Source of the DNA: Hydrurus foetidus
Lineage: Eukaryota
Direction of reading: 5' to 3'
DNA: 64,000 bases
Assembly: GCA_900617105.1 (NCBI GenBank)
Contig: UYFQ01000005.1
Coordinates: 62,001 to 126,000, forward strand
The first letter of the stretch is position 1. Every line of letters starts with the position of its first letter. The notes beneath the pieces were generated by a model. It made no database searches and was not told the DNA's origin. It worked only from the letters and a program-made list of their open reading frames with translations. The translations under genes and the position numbers were made by a program. Below, piece by piece: positions 60,897-64,000 of this stretch.

Positions 60897-61580
60897 TCAG
60901 GCCGAAGCACTGGCCAGTGTGGGTTCTTCCGCTTGCATTAGTTTGACCATGGATATTACGTGAAACCACAACCATAGAGGTGCGGGCAAGAACACGGCGT
61001 ACATCATGGGGTGGTGAGGGCCAATTTGTGGCAACAGAATCAGCGCCAAGGAGCTGGCAACAATCAGAATGTCAGTCAGGCCAAAGAAATTGGCGAACCA
61101 TGCACGGCGTCGACCGTTGGCTCCGCTGGCCATTGAAAAAGCGGCAATGAGCCCAAAAAATCCGGCCCCAGTGTGGGTAAAGCCATCAATGATTCCAAAG
61201 GTTTGCGGCAGTGTGCCGGTGCTGGCAAACATCAAAAATGTGGCACCAAAAAATGAGCGTATACCTTGCAGCAAGAGCAGTTGTTCTTGGTCAAGCGCCC
61301 ACATCACTTTGCGCACAGGAGGTATCAGCATGAGTGCTGCGCCCACCACCCCAACCGCGCCAAAAATAACAGCCAGAAAAGCAAGGCCTGAGATGCCCGT
61401 CGGGAATAGCGATTCGTTAGCCAGCCCAAGGTGAAGAACACCCAACCAGGCGACCAGCCCCAGGCCAATGGCCACGCCAGAGCCGGCGGTGCGCTTGCGC
61501 AAGGAAAGCACCCACAGGGTGTAAACGATCATGAGCGCATCCAAGCCAATCATGATCCAGATGGGGGAGATATTTAACAT
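60897..61580 (-). CDS. Hypothetical membrane protein
   Basis: Multiple TM segments; divergent from an AraC regulator. Confidence 0.75.
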   Translation of the reverse strand: MLNISPIWIMIGLDALMIVYTLWVLSLRKRTAGSGVAIGLGLVAWLGVLHLGLANESLFPTGISGLAFLAVIFGAVGVVGAALMLIPPVRKVMWALDQEQLLLLQGIRSFFGATFLMFASTGTLPQTFGIIDGFTHTGAGFFGLIAAFSMASGANGRRRAWFANFFGLTDILIVASSLALILLPQIGPHHPMMYAVFLPAPLWLWFHVISMVKLMQAEEPTLASASA

Positions 61581-61640
61581 TTCATGTCCTTTGTGTAAAC
61601 TACGGTGACCCTATAATATTTTCAATAGATCATTGTTTAA

Positions 61641-62654
61641 ATGCCTAAAACTACCGAATTTATTGCAAAAACAACTATTTCATCTTCATATACAGGTGTC
61701 TTAGATGAAACACTTCGGTCTTTAAAGCTGATAGGGAATCTATTGCTGTGTGAGAGCTATTCGGCGCCTTGGGCTGTCTCTGTACCCGATAGCCAGAGTC
61801 TGGAGGCCTTGTTGGGGGCCGAGAAAGAGGTACGGGTCGTCGCCTTTCACTTAGTCGAATATGGACGTTGTGAAATACAGATGGGCGACGGCGGCCAGAG
61901 CATGGCGCTCATGGCTGGTGACATTGCCATGTGTTTTGGCGGGCGGGCGCATCGCATCGGCGTGGGACGCACCGCCAACGCGCAAGCGGTTGCGGATCTG
62001 CTGACAGGTCAGCCGAACCGTCAGAACCCGACTATCACCGGTAAATCGGCCGACTCTTCATTGATTTGTGGCGTTTTTTTGCTGCACCATACGGATTTAA
62101 ACCCCTTGCTCTCGGCTCTGCCTGAATGGGTACAGATCAGTGTTTCTAAGGCTGGGGATATGCACAATTTGTCCGGTGTGTCGCGGCTTTTGGCAGAAGA
62201 AGTCAAGCGATCAGCAAGGGGAAGCAGTTACGTGACCGAACGTTTACTTGAAGTTTTGTGTGTGGAATCGGTTCGCGCTTATGTTGAGAATTTCGCCGTG
62301 CAAGACGTTGGATGGTTTCGTGCCCTGAAGGACCCGGTCGTTGGGCGGGCAATCGCGAGTATTCATCAAAGCCCCGGCAACCCTTGGACCGTGGACAAAA
62401 TAGCGCACAACGTTGCGCTGTCGCCATCCCGGTTGGCAGCACGTTTTGTTGAAGCGATGGGCTTGAGTCCCATGGCATATGTGACGCAATGGCGAATGAA
62501 TGTGGCGTGTCGCAAGCTGAGGGATTCTCGTTTGACGGTGGACCAAATTTCTGCGGACGTGGGATACGAAAGCCCGGCCGCTTTCAACCGGGCATTCAAG
62601 AACCGACTGGGCTATTCACCCGCAGCGTGGCGATCGCAGCGAGTTGCCACCTGA
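61641..62654 (+). CDS. AraC regulator with N-terminal cupin domain
   Basis: PWAVS, FHLVEYG, WRM, VGYESPAAFNRAFK. Confidence 0.9.
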   Translation: MPKTTEFIAKTTISSSYTGVLDETLRSLKLIGNLLLCESYSAPWAVSVPDSQSLEALLGAEKEVRVVAFHLVEYGRCEIQMGDGGQSMALMAGDIAMCFGGRAHRIGVGRTANAQAVADLLTGQPNRQNPTITGKSADSSLICGVFLLHHTDLNPLLSALPEWVQISVSKAGDMHNLSGVSRLLAEEVKRSARGSSYVTERLLEVLCVESVRAYVENFAVQDVGWFRALKDPVVGRAIASIHQSPGNPWTVDKIAHNVALSPSRLAARFVEAMGLSPMAYVTQWRMNVACRKLRDSRLTVDQISADVGYESPAAFNRAFKNRLGYSPAAWRSQRVAT

Positions 62655-62739
62655 ATATGCTCCGAGGCGTCCCCGCCGCTCAGCCTTAGCGAGCGGGTGC
62701 AGGGCAGTGGAGGCAGCAAAAATCACCCAAACGCTCGCC

Positions 62740-64000
62740 TCAGGCTTCCACAGCCGCTGACACAGCCTCCACCCGCACCGCGCAATGCTTGAACCCCGGA
62801 ATCTTTCCAAACGGGTCTAACGCCGCGTTGGTCAGCAAATTCGCCGCCGCTTCCGCGTAGGCAAACGGGATGAACACCGAGCCTTCGGGCGTGCCGTTGT
62901 CCAAACGGGCCAGCAGCGTGACGCTGCCACGACGCGAGCGCACGGCAATGTGACCACCCGCAGGAACACCCAGCCGGGCCAAGTCTTTGGCGCACAGGCT
63001 CGCAGTGGCTTCAGACTCCAAAGCGTCCAACACAGTGGCCCGCCTCGTCATGCTGCCGGTGTGCCAATGCTCCAACTGACGGCCCGTGATGAGCGTGAAG
63101 GGGTAATCCGCATCGGCGCGTTCGTCAGCAGGGATGAGGCCAGCGGGGACGAGCTTCAAACGGCCATCAGCCGTTGCGAACTGGTTGATGAAGACGGTGG
63201 GCTGACCAGGGTCTTCGGCGCTCAGACAAGGGTAGGTGACGCTGCCCTCACGCTCCAAGCGTTCCCAGGTGATGCCCGCGATGGCGGTGTGCATGGCTTG
63301 ACGCATCTCCTCGTACACAGCGGCCACGCCATCGTGTTCGCCCGCATAGTTCCACTGCAAACCCAAGCCCGCAGCGAGCTGCTGGATGATCCACAAATCA
63401 GGCCGCGCATCGCCGGGGGCATCAATGGCTTTGCGGCCCATTTGCACCATGCGGTCGGTGTTGCTGACGGTGCCGGTTTTCTCGGGCCAAGCCGTCGCGG
63501 GCAGCACCACGTCAGCGAGCCACGCGGTTTCGGTCATGAAGATGTCTTGCACCACCAGATGCTCAAGAGAAGCCAAGGCGTGGCGGGCGTGGTTCAAGTC
63601 AGGGTCGCTCATGGCGGGGTTTTCGCCCATCACGTACATGCCGCGTATTTTGTGCGGATCGCTGTCATCAGCGAGCGCCTTGTGCATGATTTCAACCACC
63701 GTGTAGCCGGGGGTTTTGTCCAACGGTGTTTGCCAGAAATCTTCAAACCAAGCGTGGGCAGCTGCGTTGTCCACGCGCTGGTAGTTGGGGAACATCATCG
63801 GGATCAAACCCGCGTCGCTGGCACCTTGCACGTTGTTTTGTCCGCGCAAAGGGTGCAAGCCGCTGCCGGGTTTGCCGATTTGGCCGGTGACGGCGCACAG
63901 CGCGATCAGGCAACGGGCGTTGTCGGTGCCGTGAACGTGCTGACTGATACCCATGCCCCACAGGATCATCGCGCTTTTGGCGGTGGCGAAGGCACGGGCC
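62740..64000 (-). CDS. Formate dehydrogenase alpha subunit, C-terminal part (5' end outside window)
   Basis: PLRGQNNVQGASD, GENP, EK.GT..N..R, TGRQLEHWHTG. Confidence 0.92.
   Translation of the reverse strand, partial: ARAFATAKSAMILWGMGISQHVHGTDNARCLIALCAVTGQIGKPGSGLHPLRGQNNVQGASDAGLIPMMFPNYQRVDNAAAHAWFEDFWQTPLDKTPGYTVVEIMHKALADDSDPHKIRGMYVMGENPAMSDPDLNHARHALASLEHLVVQDIFMTETAWLADVVLPATAWPEKTGTVSNTDRMVQMGRKAIDAPGDARPDLWIIQQLAAGLGLQWNYAGEHDGVAAVYEEMRQAMHTAIAGITWERLEREGSVTYPCLSAEDPGQPTVFINQFATADGRLKLVPAGLIPADERADADYPFTLITGRQLEHWHTGSMTRRATVLDALESEATASLCAKDLARLGVPAGGHIAVRSRRGSVTLLARLDNGTPEGSVFIPFAYAEAAANLLTNAALDPFGKIPGFKHCAVRVEAVSAAVEA

Overview
Chromosomal window of a GC-rich betaproteobacterium (Comamonadaceae-like, judged from 16S and gene order). 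Left part: a permease-fused sensor kinase (partial), a czcCBA-type RND efflux operon with a P-II-like gene, ureA/B/C, three toxin-antitoxin pairs plus Uma2, purine-catabolism genes, a LysR/TctC/CoA-transferase cluster, and a complete minus-strand rRNA operon. Right part: smr, tartrate dehydrogenase, truncated globin, ABC permease, GGDEF-EAL, fdhD, ribH, vapBC and a partial formate dehydrogenase. The main finding is at 33.1-50.4 kb. The native radC gene is split at the GxLTQ|xSVYPRE codons by two tandem, integrase-free cargo units of 12,861 bp and 3,700 bp. Each unit starts with the same 114-bp left end and finishes with the same 151-bp repeat plus a replacement radC upstream region and 5' half, so a chimeric intact radC is rebuilt at the far end. 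Inside unit 1 there is a third copy of the 151-bp repeat, a 1.9-kb segment bounded by circularly permuted halves of an lpdA 3' end, and an IS91/ISCR oriIS-like motif next to a second copy of a GMC gene tail. I infer a gene-targeted, trans-mobilised cassette-stacking system; whether it is undescribed needs database checks.
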